IMG/VR virus record: IMGVR_UViG_3300021135_000008
DNA length: 64,000 bases
Direction: 5' to 3' (one strand)
Source: an uncultured virus (IMG/VR IMGVR_UViG_3300021135_000008)
Lineage: Duplodnaviria > Heunggongvirae > Uroviricota > Caudoviricetes
This document shows, piece by piece, positions 8,389-17,209 of this stretch. The notes beneath the pieces are model-generated. The model saw only the letters and a list, made by a program, of their open reading frames with translations. It did not search any database and was not told the origin of the DNA. Within the stretch, counting starts at the first letter, position 1. Every line of letters begins with the position of its first letter. The position numbers were made by a program, and so were the translations under genes.

Positions 8389-8868
8389 TTATTTGTCAAC
8401 CCTTCGGGCTAACTTTTTTTGATTACGTCTCCAAGAGAAGAACTCCTTTGAGAGGGTCTTCTCGAGTTCATAGGCCTCGATCTCCCACGGGCGGTCACGA
8501 TATGGCATGTCACGGTCGACAGGCTCACCGAACCACACGTCAGGCTTGCGGGAATACTCTTTGAGGTCGCCTTTGGCCCACTGCTTGACATGGACCATCT
8601 CGTGCGCTAGGGTACGGATTAGGCGGATAGGACCCTGCTCGTCGTCCAGCTCAATCTCGAAGAACCGAGGGCGAGACTGGTTGTCGACGAAGTCGCACCA
8701 ACCTAGGGCACCGGTCTTACGGGCAAGCTTGCGCTTGACGATGACGTCGATGCACACGTTTCGGCTGAGTCGCTCGCCGAGGAGCTTCTTAGCAAAGAAC
8801 TCTGTAGCCTTCCGGATCTCGGAAGGCGTAGCACTTTCTGTTCTGGAACCTCGGACTACGACTGACAT
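8389..8868 (-). CDS. Putative zinc metallopeptidase-fold protein
   Basis: LAHEMVHVKQ..PWEIEA (HExxH plus distal E). Confidence 0.7.
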   Translation of the reverse strand: MSVVVRGSRTESATPSEIRKATEFFAKKLLGERLSRNVCIDVIVKRKLARKTGALGWCDFVDNQSRPRFFEIELDDEQGPIRLIRTLAHEMVHVKQWAKGDLKEYSRKPDVWFGEPVDRDMPYRDRPWEIEAYELEKTLSKEFFSWRRNQKKLARRVDK

Positions 8869-8952
8869 TCAGCTTCTTTTCCTATTATAAGATTATTATA
8901 TCATAGGGATCAATTATTGTCAACCCCTATTTTATGATAACTTTAAGGATAT

Positions 8953-9639
8953 TTAGCTGAATATCTCTCTTACCCTGTCCACGTACTTGGACTTGTCTTT
9001 ACGGAAGACCAGAGGCTCTGGTGCGTCGTCCACCATGATGATGATGACGATCTGAGGGACCTCGATCCCGTACCTCTCCTCGGTCATTAGGGCGTAGCAG
9101 GTGGCCTGTAGGAAGTAGCTCTCGATCATGGCCTCCGTCTTGACGTTCTTAGACGTCTTGAAGTCGATGATGGAGTTGATGCCGTCGTACTCGGCGACCA
9201 CGTCGGTGGCCCCAGCCGTCATAAGATCGTCTGAGTACAGGAATAGCTCGATGCCGTAGACGACGTCGACGTGCTCGTCGAGGACCTTCTTGGCCATCTT
9301 GAACGTCTCGATGTTGGCGGACATCGCACCCTTAGACCAAGCCTCTTCGTTCAAGAGGTACTTCTCTGCGATGTCATGGACCGCCGTACCACGACGAGCA
9401 GCGAGGAGAGAGACCTTCTTAGCCTCTTCCTCGCCTACTCGCTTCTTCCACTTCTCAAGACCGTCCTTGTTGAGCTTCTCGCCTAGGATGGTCGTAACTG
9501 ACTTGTAAGCGGCACCCTCTGGTGTGATGTAGTGCCGCTTACCTTCTATCTCGACTCGGTCGAGCTTCTCACTCGGCAAGAACCTGTGGTCGAAGATCTT
9601 CCCTTCGATCCTTGTTTCGTTCGTGTCTGTCCTTAGCAA
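8953..9639 (-). CDS. PD-(D/E)XK exonuclease (start uncertain)
   Basis: SVTTIL..RGTAVH..AGATD..IIDFKTS..YFLQATCYA. Confidence 0.85.
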   Translation of the reverse strand: MLRTDTNETRIEGKIFDHRFLPSEKLDRVEIEGKRHYITPEGAAYKSVTTILGEKLNKDGLEKWKKRVGEEEAKKVSLLAARRGTAVHDIAEKYLLNEEAWSKGAMSANIETFKMAKKVLDEHVDVVYGIELFLYSDDLMTAGATDVVAEYDGINSIIDFKTSKNVKTEAMIESYFLQATCYALMTEERYGIEVPQIVIIIMVDDAPEPLVFRKDKSKYVDRVREIFS

Positions 9640-10363
9640 TGATATATTCCTTCACCATTCGTGATCTTACGATGTCTTGTATCTCAAACTCAATGAACGC
9701 GAACGAGTTCATGGACTTGATGATCTTAATGAAGTCCCTTAGTCCGGACTTCTCTTGCTCTCTTGTAAAGTCGGTCTGTCTAAAGTCGCCCGAGAATATG
9801 ATTCGGCAGTTCTCGCCGACACGGGTAATGATCGAGTCGATCTCATGATAAGTCATGTTCTGGACTTCGTCGACTATGATGATGCAGTCTGAGAGTGTGA
9901 TACCTCTGATATACGACGTCGAGATGAACTCGACCATGTTCTTGTTCTTTAGAACGTCGTAGGCGTCGCCTCGACCGAATAGCTCGGTGGCGATTGCCAT
10001 GTATGGGGCCTCATAGACCTTTGCCTTCTCGGCATTGTTTCCTGGAAGGAAGCCCATGTCGCGCGTCGGGACCGCAGACCTGACGATGACCACTTTCTTA
10101 TAAGGGGATCCAGTGTTCAAGACTTCTCTGGTAGAGAGATACAGAGATAGAAAAGTCTTACCGGTACCGGCAATCCCATGGAGCAGGAGATTCTGCCCAT
10201 CTTCAAACGCTTCATAAGTCTTTCTTTGATTCTCAGTAAGAGGACTAAAGTGCTTAATTTGAAAATTGGACTTAAAGGTATTCTCCTGAGTGCCTAGTAC
10301 TCCTTCCTGTCGTAGCTGCCTTCTCTGTTTCTTTGTTAGTCTCTGACCGGCGGTTAGTGGCAT
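9569..10363 (-). CDS. phoH: PhoH-family ATPase
   Basis: GIAGTGKT, MGFLPG, IRGIT, DEVQN, GDFRQTD. Confidence 0.95.
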   Translation of the reverse strand: MPLTAGQRLTKKQRRQLRQEGVLGTQENTFKSNFQIKHFSPLTENQRKTYEAFEDGQNLLLHGIAGTGKTFLSLYLSTREVLNTGSPYKKVVIVRSAVPTRDMGFLPGNNAEKAKVYEAPYMAIATELFGRGDAYDVLKNKNMVEFISTSYIRGITLSDCIIIVDEVQNMTYHEIDSIITRVGENCRIIFSGDFRQTDFTREQEKSGLRDFIKIIKSMNSFAFIEFEIQDIVRSRMVKEYIIAKDRHERNKDRREDLRPQVLAE

Positions 10364-10394
10364 TAAATGCTCTTTCTTATTATTGAAGAGCGCC

Positions 10395-10646
10395 TTAGAA
10401 AGTATTGACAGTAGACTTAGATAGTCCTTTAGAGTTCTTCTTCTTGATCTCTCTCAAGACGTCTCGAAATCCATCCTCGGGCTTACTCGATTTGCCAACG
10501 AGAATGTTGGTACCGATCATAGGCGCTCCATTTACCTGTTGCGTTAAGTTTGGATTTTCCTTGAGGTAGTCATCCAATTGCGATATCATCATGAACTCAG
10601 TGAACTCTTCACCCGTCTCATTATTTAGGAAAAGATACGTCGGCAT
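10395..10646 (-). CDS. Conserved T4-like small protein (MPTY..., FmdB-like N-terminus)
   Basis: MPTYLF..TGEEF..GFRDVL. Confidence 0.7.
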   Translation of the reverse strand: MPTYLFLNNETGEEFTEFMMISQLDDYLKENPNLTQQVNGAPMIGTNILVGKSSKPEDGFRDVLREIKKKNSKGLSKSTVNTF

Positions 10647-10837
10647 CAGTCATACTCTCGGTCATATTCGTCATAATCATCCAGCTTGTCAACATTTTTT
10701 GTCTTAGCTGCGTGTTGTAGTCTCTTCATCTTCTTCTTTCGACGGTCTTCCTTTACTGCCTGTGAGAACAGGAAGTCTTCGTTGTCGAGGCGAAAGTCGT
10801 TCTGACGCAGAGAAAAGTTATGCTTTGTCTTGCTCAT
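10646..10837 (-). CDS. Hypothetical protein
   Basis: Tightly packed ORF in operon. Confidence 0.55.
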   Translation of the reverse strand: MSKTKHNFSLRQNDFRLDNEDFLFSQAVKEDRRKKKMKRLQHAAKTKNVDKLDDYDEYDREYD

Positions 10838-11246
10838 CGATAAGCCCAGGATATGCTTCTTTCACGAGTGCCGCGGTGATTCCCTTGTAGGGAAGCTTCT
10901 TGTCCTTGATAGCAGCAAGGAGCTCGGCGTCTTCAGGAGATACAGACTCAAGAAGTTGAATGAAGAGGGTCTCTCGTCTCAGCTGCTTGAGGTTGGAGTT
11001 GCCGCCCTCGACGAAGAGGTACAGCTTCCTGATCTCATTGTATAGAGATCCCTGAAGGTCGGGCAGGTCACTCTTCTTATAAGGGACGTCGCCTGGAGGA
11101 AGGAGCCACTTGATTCGAGGATCAAACGCTCCCTGTAAGATAGTCCTGATAGCAAATGAGTCGACCTGCCTGAGGGCGTTGATCTTCTCGTCCTTAGTCT
11201 TCAGTCCTGAGACCTTCTGTAGGATCTCGGCTATACCTAATTTCAT
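10818..11246 (-). CDS. Conserved T4-like hypothetical protein
   Basis: WLLPPGDVPY..RRETLFIQLLE..KDKKLPYKGIT. Confidence 0.8.
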   Translation of the reverse strand: MKLGIAEILQKVSGLKTKDEKINALRQVDSFAIRTILQGAFDPRIKWLLPPGDVPYKKSDLPDLQGSLYNEIRKLYLFVEGGNSNLKQLRRETLFIQLLESVSPEDAELLAAIKDKKLPYKGITAALVKEAYPGLIDEQDKA

Positions 11247-12097
11247 TAGAACTCCCCTAAGTGTTCTGTAAGCAACTTCAGTTTATTAGCCATAAAGTAG
11301 TCAAATAGCTTTGATCTATCTTTATCTTTCTGGTCTATATATGATTCTTGGATCTTCACCGTGATGTCTGCAGGGATCTTATCAAGGTTGATGAGGGTAT
11401 CGTTGCGGACGTAGTTGCGGAAGTTTGGATGGTCAAACTTACCGATGATACCCAGCTCAATGAAGGAGTCGATCTTCTTCTGCGTCATAGGCTTCTGTCG
11501 CTCACCTACCACGAAGCAGTTGTCTGATGATAGGATGTTTGGGATACCGTCACCTGAGTCGCCCTTGAGGATGTGCTCTTCAAGGTAGCGTTCTGGATTG
11601 TCGTTGACGATGTTCTTCTTGCGCACCGGATCGTACTGGGTGACGTGAGGGTACTTATGGAGCTGGATAAAGTCCTTGTCACCAGAGAGGATGAGGACCT
11701 TCTCACCGGTACCGATGGCCATCTTGGTAAGCGTGGCGATGATGTCGTCGGCCTCGGCCGACTCGACGTCGATCACCTTGTAGGGAAAGAACTCCTTGAG
11801 CTCGGCACGGATCTTGTTCATGCACTCAAAGATCGAGGCCCAGTCGAGTTCCGACTTCTCGATGTTCTTCTTGCGGTTCGCCTTGTAGTAGGGGAACAGC
11901 TTACGACGCCAGTAGTTCTTGTTGTCACACGCAATCACGATCTCACCGAACTCTGAGAAGAACTTTGAGCGGTAGGCGCGGATCGAGTTGAGCACCATGT
12001 GTCGAACCATGTTCTCCTCGATCTTCGTGTTGGTGTGGTTACCTATCTGCACCATAAGATTAGAAATCATCACCTGTGATAGGTCTAGAATGATCAC
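11246..12097 (-). CDS. rnh: T4 RNase H / 5'-3' exonuclease
   Basis: YWRR..YYKANR, EADDIIA, SGDKDFIQL, GDSGDGIPN. Confidence 0.95.
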   Translation of the reverse strand: MIILDLSQVMISNLMVQIGNHTNTKIEENMVRHMVLNSIRAYRSKFFSEFGEIVIACDNKNYWRRKLFPYYKANRKKNIEKSELDWASIFECMNKIRAELKEFFPYKVIDVESAEADDIIATLTKMAIGTGEKVLILSGDKDFIQLHKYPHVTQYDPVRKKNIVNDNPERYLEEHILKGDSGDGIPNILSSDNCFVVGERQKPMTQKKIDSFIELGIIGKFDHPNFRNYVRNDTLINLDKIPADITVKIQESYIDQKDKDRSKLFDYFMANKLKLLTEHLGEF

Positions 12098-12100
12098 GTA

Positions 12101-12502
12101 TTATTCCTCTTCTTCAATATCTTCTTCAGGTCCATCAAACTCAAACTTAGAAGCGAACTTTATATTCAACTCTTCGACTATCCTGAGGCCACCGGTCTCA
12201 GCGTCTTCTTGAAAGACTGCCCCGGCCAGTTCCTGGAAGGGGTGAGCCATGTCGTAGCTTCTCATCAGCATCGACCTGATCGACTCGACGATGAAGGCTC
12301 CGTACTTTAAGTCCTCGCTGTCCTCACTGAAGTCGAAGCCAGCGAGTGATAGCTGCTCGAACAGCATCGGCGCTATAGTAGAGAGTGTCTCACCGACGTG
12401 GACGTGACGAATTAGATCCATGTTACTGCTTATCTGTTCCCTCGTGATAGGAGGGGCCACCTTAGATGCCTTGGGAAACGTGATTACGTTGTTAGATTCC
12501 AT
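12101..12502 (-). CDS. Hypothetical protein (NVITFP motif, acidic tail)
   Basis: ORF directly after a sigma70-type promoter. Confidence 0.7.
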   Translation of the reverse strand: MESNNVITFPKASKVAPPITREQISSNMDLIRHVHVGETLSTIAPMLFEQLSLAGFDFSEDSEDLKYGAFIVESIRSMLMRSYDMAHPFQELAGAVFQEDAETGGLRIVEELNIKFASKFEFDGPEEDIEEEE

Positions 12503-12561
12503 TTTTATTATATCCCAATATAACACGAGAGCGAGATCTTGTCAACCCCACTCTCGTATTT

Positions 12562-13533
12562 TTACGTTGTTCTATATGAGAACGTCTGCGACGGCAGAGC
12601 CCTCGGCTCGTTCAGCAGGCTCTTCAAGAGGGCCGTCCACTGACTAGAACGGCTCTGCCAGTTATAGAAGGCGTCGGTGTACCCCTTCTGGTTAACCAGT
12701 CGAACGTCCATATCATCACGATCGTATTCCTCGATTGCTGACTCGAGGACCGTATAGAACATCTTGGCGTGCTCGTTCTTGTTCTCATTGAACTGATACA
12801 TGAAGGTCCAGTTCGCTGCAGTCTCGTACAAGGCGCCGAGGTTAGGGTGAACGCAGACCAGCCCTGCAGACATCGCCTCGATGAGACAGAGACACGAGGT
12901 CTCTACCCAAGTCGACGGGTATGCAAAGACGTGGGCGTTCTCAACTGCCTCACGGACTACAGAGTTTGGCTGCGTACCGTGGTAGTTGATCTTAGGGTGG
13001 TTCTTGAGTGCGTCGAACAGGGGCTCGAACTGCTTGTCCCTGTCCGGCCATCCGTAGAGCTTGAACGACGAGAACACGTCGAGCTCAAGGTTGTCGTACT
13101 TCTCACAGAGCTTGTCGAAGACGGGATAGAGGATGTCGAGACCACGGTGAGGGGTCGAGGTATAGATCAGCTTGATCTTGTCCTTCGGCTTCTGCATCAT
13201 GCGCATCGGGTCGATGGCGTTCTGGATGACGATGCACTTGGACCATGGGATGTTGTAGTGGTTTACGTATGCCTGCATCTGCCAGTTAGACACGAACACG
13301 ATCTTGTGGAACTTGTTCCATCCACCGTTCTTGAGGTGGTCAGACTCAGGGTCGCCTGGAAGGTCGTGGCACCAGAGGATGCGGACCTTGGTGTCGTCCA
13401 GATCACGGACTCGAGAGGCGATGATCTGGAACTCTTTAAGGAGCTCAGGATCGACGCGGTCCTGAAGCCCGAACTTCATCAACTCAGTTCCGCCCATGGC
13501 GTTGGCTGAGACTTCATCAATCGCGATCGCCAT
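12562..13533 (-). CDS. Glycosyltransferase (GT4/GT-B fold)
   Basis: GGTE, YTSTPHRGL, ETSCLCLIEAMSAG (EX7E). Confidence 0.9.
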   Translation of the reverse strand: MAIAIDEVSANAMGGTELMKFGLQDRVDPELLKEFQIIASRVRDLDDTKVRILWCHDLPGDPESDHLKNGGWNKFHKIVFVSNWQMQAYVNHYNIPWSKCIVIQNAIDPMRMMQKPKDKIKLIYTSTPHRGLDILYPVFDKLCEKYDNLELDVFSSFKLYGWPDRDKQFEPLFDALKNHPKINYHGTQPNSVVREAVENAHVFAYPSTWVETSCLCLIEAMSAGLVCVHPNLGALYETAANWTFMYQFNENKNEHAKMFYTVLESAIEEYDRDDMDVRLVNQKGYTDAFYNWQSRSSQWTALLKSLLNEPRALPSQTFSYRTT

Positions 13534-13536
13534 GGA

Positions 13537-13899
13537 TCAAGCCTGTCTGTTAATGAACGCTGCCTTGTGACCCGTGACCTTGAAGTACTTGATGCAGAGT
13601 TCGAGTACTACCTGAGGGTCGAAGGTCTTGCACGAGAACACGTCGAGGTAGAAGGTATCTGTGTCGTCACAGAAGTGAGCGCAGATGTTAGAGGTCTCGA
13701 TGAGCTGGACGAGCGTGAAGCCGGCCTTGTTACCTGTGCCGAACTTAACGATCTGTGGTTCACCGTAGGCGACCATGTCGATCTTCTCGACTACTTCTTT
13801 AGTAAAGTTGTAGACATTATCATGACTCGTGATCGACTCATGGTCGGCACCCGAGCAGTCAAGGATGAGGTGGTAGCCCCAAGGCTGAACATCTTCCAT
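13537..13899 (-). CDS. speD: S-adenosylmethionine decarboxylase proenzyme-like
   Basis: GYHLILDC..QLIETSNICAHF..DVFSCK. Confidence 0.88.
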   Translation of the reverse strand: MEDVQPWGYHLILDCSGADHESITSHDNVYNFTKEVVEKIDMVAYGEPQIVKFGTGNKAGFTLVQLIETSNICAHFCDDTDTFYLDVFSCKTFDPQVVLELCIKYFKVTGHKAAFINRQA

Positions 13900-14116
13900 T
13901 ATATTTCACTCCAAATTGTAAGGGGGGTTTGTCTTCTGACGTCTTATTTATCTCATAAGGGAGGAGAAGAGCGAAGTCCTTACCCTCCCTAGTAATGATC
14001 ACTCTCTTCTTGTCGTGCTCGACTAAGTCAAGGTAGTATTCAAAGTCTTTGTCAGCCTCGGACATTGTAACCCTGATAGTTCTCCACTCATCGTCTTCAC
14101 GATGATCATAGGACAT
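13859..14116 (-). CDS. Phd/YefM antitoxin-like protein
   Basis: VTMSEADKDFEYYLDLVE..RVIITREGKDFALLLPYE. Confidence 0.55.
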   Translation of the reverse strand: MSYDHREDDEWRTIRVTMSEADKDFEYYLDLVEHDKKRVIITREGKDFALLLPYEINKTSEDKPPLQFGVKYNGRCSALGLPPHP

Positions 14117-14394
14117 CAGAAGTTATCCAGGAACTGGACGTACTGTACTGTGTCGATGCGGAACGAGCGCCATCCACCCTTCTGGGTATCCCACACAGCG
14201 AGGACGTCAGGGTTCTTGGTATGGAACTCCTTCTCCTCGTTGACGTTGTGGTTAGGAGGAAGGAGGTCCGGCATCAGCGTGCATCTCATCACGCGATTAG
14301 AGCCGTCGACCTTTGTAAAGTGGACCTCACACACGCCGCGCTTTAAGTCGGCAAGGAGGTTGATGCGTCCCTCTGCAGTCAGTCCGGTGGTCAT
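14116..14394 (-). CDS. DUF2693/WYL-like SH3-fold protein
   Basis: FTKVDGSNRVMRCTL..VWDTQKGGWRSFR. Confidence 0.8.
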   Translation of the reverse strand: MTTGLTAEGRINLLADLKRGVCEVHFTKVDGSNRVMRCTLMPDLLPPNHNVNEEKEFHTKNPDVLAVWDTQKGGWRSFRIDTVQYVQFLDNF

Positions 14395-14654
14395 AGCGAA
14401 ATCCTCTCATTCAACAGTTGTTGGTTAGACTCAGAACCCTTGAGGTGCTCAGTGAGCTGACTGTATCCACCGATGTTGTATCCGTCGACCACGATGACCG
14501 GAAAGGTCTTGGCCGTTGGAAACTTCTCAAGCAAGTACTCGCGGGTAAAGTTAACGTCGAGCTTGTGCTCAAGGAAGTCAATGTTCTTCTGCTTAAGCAG
14601 CTCAGCTGCCATCTTGCAGTACTGACAGCCGTCTCGACTATAGATCTCAATCAT
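14391..14654 (-). CDS. nrdC: Glutaredoxin
   Basis: CQYC, TFPVI, IGGY. Confidence 0.92.
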   Translation of the reverse strand: MIEIYSRDGCQYCKMAAELLKQKNIDFLEHKLDVNFTREYLLEKFPTAKTFPVIVVDGYNIGGYSQLTEHLKGSESNQQLLNERISL

Positions 14655-14777
14655 CTTCGTATTCTCCTAGTTTCTCTTGCCAGTACATCTCGACGCTGTA
14701 GCTGTTGTGGGGATCATAGCCAAGACGCTCCATGTCTCTCATTACCAGAATCTCAAGATCGCTGTAGGTTCCGAGTA

Positions 14778-14978
14778 TCATTCTTCTATCCTGTAGATCT
14801 TATAGGTTATGAAGTCTATGAAGACGTTGAGCTTGGTATGGTCCTCAGCCTCTTCGTACTTGATGTTATGATAGTTGTCGAAGATCAGATTGATGGTCAG
14901 ACCACGCTTACCGGCCTCATGCTGCAGCTTGTCCGCTGCAGTGTCGTAGAAGTCGCCGATAAACTGTTCAAACCACAT
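14778..14978 (-). CDS. Hypothetical protein
   Basis: AAGGAAG RBS. Confidence 0.55.
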   Translation of the reverse strand: MWFEQFIGDFYDTAADKLQHEAGKRGLTINLIFDNYHNIKYEEAEDHTKLNVFIDFITYKIYRIEE

Positions 14979-14993
14979 CTGATCTTCCTTGTT

Positions 14994-15068
14994 TGGTGGA
15001 CCCGGTAGGACTCGAACCTACACTCGTGCTCTTATGAGGAGCCGGCTTCACCTTTAAGCTACAGGTCC
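14994..15068 (-). tRNA. tRNA(CAT), probably Ile2 (lysidine type); Met not excluded
   Basis: GGACCTG...GCTC-CTCATAA-GAGC...CGGGTCCACCA; C4:G69 and C5:G68 as in TilS substrates. Confidence 0.85.
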
Positions 15069-15075
15069 CTATTAC

Positions 15076-15564
15076 TTATTTCCGTGCCTCTTTTGGATAG
15101 GTCAGCACGATGATACGAGGCTCGATGTACTGCGGCTCTACCTTGTCAGATCCAGGAACTTTGCAGAGGACCCAAGTACCCTCAGCCGATGCTGGGCTGA
15201 ACAGACCGTTCGGGTCAGCTTGAGGGATACTCATACGACCCTCGATAGGACGCATTGGATTGGTGTACTGAGTAGCAGACGAGATGCCGTAGCCGAGGCT
15301 GTCGCATACCTTCTCACCGATGTTTCCGTTCATGTCACCCGCGAGGTAGGTGTATGTCGGAAGCATCTTGTCGCGAAGCTCGAGGATGTCCTTGAGGATA
15401 CGCTTCTCGGCGAACTTCGTGATGGCGGGCATTCCCACCGACATGTTGCCCTGCTGAGAGAGCGCTTCCTGTGCCTGACGCTGAACTTGGTCAGCAGACG
15501 GTCCTGGAGGCTCACAGCCTGCGAGGCCGAGAGACATGATGCCGATCATGATATACTTATTCAT
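15076..15564 (-). CDS. Lipoprotein, unknown function
   Basis: Lipobox LAGC; QADPNGLFS. Confidence 0.8.
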   Translation of the reverse strand: MNKYIMIGIMSLGLAGCEPPGPSADQVQRQAQEALSQQGNMSVGMPAITKFAEKRILKDILELRDKMLPTYTYLAGDMNGNIGEKVCDSLGYGISSATQYTNPMRPIEGRMSIPQADPNGLFSPASAEGTWVLCKVPGSDKVEPQYIEPRIIVLTYPKEARK

Positions 15565-15574
15565 TTTTCACCTG

Positions 15575-15892
15575 TTAGTTTGCGACTGAGAAGTAGAAGG
15601 TCTGAAGATCTGCTGGCAAGCGGTTCTTGTCAAAGATCTCGAAGCGATGGATGATGAGTGCCTTCATCGCACCCTTGTGCTCAGCGTCCGCAGTATTGTA
15701 CTCACGCTGCAGGTCGTAGAGGTCACGAAGCATCCCGTCGTTGTATGCCTGACTCTGCTTGAAGGTGTCGTAGCGGACCTGCTCGTAGCGAGGAGCAAAG
15801 AACTTATAACCCTCATAGCTGAGGAGGCTGAATATCATGATCACAGCGACAAACAAGATGAACGCTCCGACCGCACTAAAGAAGTCTCTCAT
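15575..15892 (-). CDS. Membrane-anchored hypothetical protein
   Basis: GGAG RBS, N-terminal TM. Confidence 0.75.
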   Translation of the reverse strand: MRDFFSAVGAFILFVAVIMIFSLLSYEGYKFFAPRYEQVRYDTFKQSQAYNDGMLRDLYDLQREYNTADAEHKGAMKALIIHRFEIFDKNRLPADLQTFYFSVAN

Positions 15893-15909
15893 TGTATACT
15901 CTCCAAAGT

Positions 15910-15986
15910 TGGTGCCCACGGTGGGGGTCGAACCCACACTTCCAAAATTTTAAGTCTTGTACCTCTGCCTATTGGGCTACGTGGGC
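15910..15986 (-). tRNA. tRNA-Leu(TAA), short variable loop
   Basis: GCCCACG...CAAGA-CTTAAAA-TTTTG-GAAGT-GTGGG..CCA. Confidence 0.88.
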
Positions 15987-16034
15987 ATATCTCTAATCTA
16001 TCATGGATCTTATTTTTTGTCAACCCATAAAGAA

Positions 16035-16445
16035 CTATATCTTCACGTGTGACTTGTGAACTTTGACTGAGATCCATGAATTATAGTACAGGTCGCTCTC
16101 TAGGACTCTGTAGTCAAACTGGTACTTTGCTTCCCAGTAGTTGCAGTCGCCCTTGGTCTTACAGAGCTTCAAGACTACTCTCTTGAACTTATCTGCGCCA
16201 AGCTTCTCGACGTCTTCCTTCAGCTCGTTGTTAGAGCCGTAGTAGTCTTTCCAGTCGGAGTCGATCTTGAACCTCTTCTTCTTTCCCTTGACCTGCTTAG
16301 ATCTAGAGAACTTGAAGAGCTTCTTTCCGATGTACTTCTTACCTGACTCTACGTTGGTGATCTCGTAGACGAATCCGATGTAGTCCTCGGTCAGCTCTGT
16401 AGTCAGCGGTGCTCCAAAGTAGAGCCATGGGTTATCGTATGACAT
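16035..16445 (-). CDS. GIY-YIG endonuclease (endonuclease II-like)
   Basis: GFVYEITN..KKYIGKK..WKDYYGS. Confidence 0.85.
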   Translation of the reverse strand: MSYDNPWLYFGAPLTTELTEDYIGFVYEITNVESGKKYIGKKLFKFSRSKQVKGKKKRFKIDSDWKDYYGSNNELKEDVEKLGADKFKRVVLKLCKTKGDCNYWEAKYQFDYRVLESDLYYNSWISVKVHKSHVKI

Positions 16446-16475
16446 AGTGGGAGACTCCTTATCTCCCACTATATA

Positions 16476-16736
16476 TTAGAATACTTCGCGGTCCTGGTCG
16501 TCCCAGTCGTCGTAGTCTTCCTCTTCTTCCTCTACCTCTTCCTCGTTGAGGGCCTTGTAGATGAAGTCGTAGGTCGAGTCGATTCCCTTGGCAGACTTTG
16601 GATCGATGTCGATCTCACTGTTGTTGATGAGGCCGATGAGCTCCTCGTACAGTGTATGCCTCTCAGCACGGTCTGATACGCTGCCCTTGATTGCCTCGAC
16701 TAAGTCGATTAGAAACCTGTCATGCCATCCCATCAC
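16476..16736 (-). CDS. Acidic hypothetical protein
   Basis: Operon-packed ORF. Confidence 0.65.
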   Translation of the reverse strand: MMGWHDRFLIDLVEAIKGSVSDRAERHTLYEELIGLINNSEIDIDPKSAKGIDSTYDFIYKALNEEEVEEEEEDYDDWDDQDREVF

Positions 16737-17209
16737 TTAGTCTCCACGTACTTCTTGTAGGCAGCGACCCAATCCTTAGCGATCTCCTGCTGAGCAGTCT
16801 TCATGTCGATCGTGCCGTCGCAGATGAGCTTGTGAAGCCTGTTCTCGAGGGCGTCCTTGACGTGGGCATTGTACGGGGTAGTCGTATACGACTGTGGCCA
16901 AAGGTTCTTGATGTCGTTAGCGCCGCCGAGCTCGAGTGAGATGAGGTGGTCGACCTCGAACTTATCGGACGTCGAGTCGATGTGGTACTCGGCGAACACC
17001 TGCTTCTTGAGCGACTCGGGTACGTCACGCACTCCTGGCTGTGAAGTATATCCAGGAACGCAGATCATCTCCTTGGTCGCAGCAGGGTTTACTGCGCCGG
17101 GAGTCAACTTAGGGTCGGGAGTCTGTGGGAGGTCTCCGGCAAACGCCATCGATCCCATAGCCCCGACGACGAGTACTAGACTATAGAGAAAAGCCCTTGA
17201 AAGTCTCAT
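16733..17209 (-). CDS. Signal-peptide-bearing HNH-like protein
   Basis: Hydrophobic N-terminus ending AFA; EVDHLISLELGGANDIKNLWPQ. Confidence 0.75.
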   Translation of the reverse strand: MRLSRAFLYSLVLVVGAMGSMAFAGDLPQTPDPKLTPGAVNPAATKEMICVPGYTSQPGVRDVPESLKKQVFAEYHIDSTSDKFEVDHLISLELGGANDIKNLWPQSYTTTPYNAHVKDALENRLHKLICDGTIDMKTAQQEIAKDWVAAYKKYVETK

